In this document: positions 25,075 through 25,076 of the stretch, one piece after another
Position numbering within the stretch: the stretch's first letter is position 1
Layout of the letters: each line of letters opens with the position of its first letter
Source: a virus
Lineage: Duplodnaviria > Caudoviricetes
Reading direction: 5' to 3' (one strand)
Length of the DNA stretch: 25,076 bases
Virus record (IMG/VR): IMGVR_UViG_3300049629_000033
Span: 1-25,076 of that record
Notes under the pieces: model-generated
Database searches by the model: none
Told to the model about the DNA's origin: nothing
Seen by the model: the letters and a program-made list of their open reading frames with translations, nothing else
Translations under genes and position numbers: made by a program

Positions 25075-25076
25075 GC

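Overview
This is a 25-kb segment of a tailed, podovirus-like bacteriophage genome, with every credible gene on the minus strand. Read in the direction of transcription (right to left), it contains small structural proteins, a collagen-like fibre with a probable chaperone, and a lysis cassette (two small membrane proteins, a lipoprotein and an L,D-transpeptidase-like endolysin). These are followed by a fibre adaptor, two beta-helix tailspikes, further tail proteins (probable nozzle and head-tail adaptor), a cupin-like protein and three probable ejection proteins. The last ejection protein is a 2819-aa polyvalent protein carrying degenerate metallopeptidase, GNAT and ADP-ribosyltransferase-like modules. 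A compact regulatory region then precedes a probable early operon (82-aa ORF and a PD-(D/E)xK nuclease). Three unexplained signals stand out. (1) A 16-bp palindrome, TTATCG-N4-CGATAA, occurs ten times, both filling stop-to-start junctions and embedded in genes in different reading frames. (2) A candidate ~75-nt sRNA with its own promoter and terminator has a single-stranded core antisense to a start-codon-like sequence. (3) Cys-rich tags are shared by many virion proteins. All product calls come from motif recognition by eye; no database searches were run.
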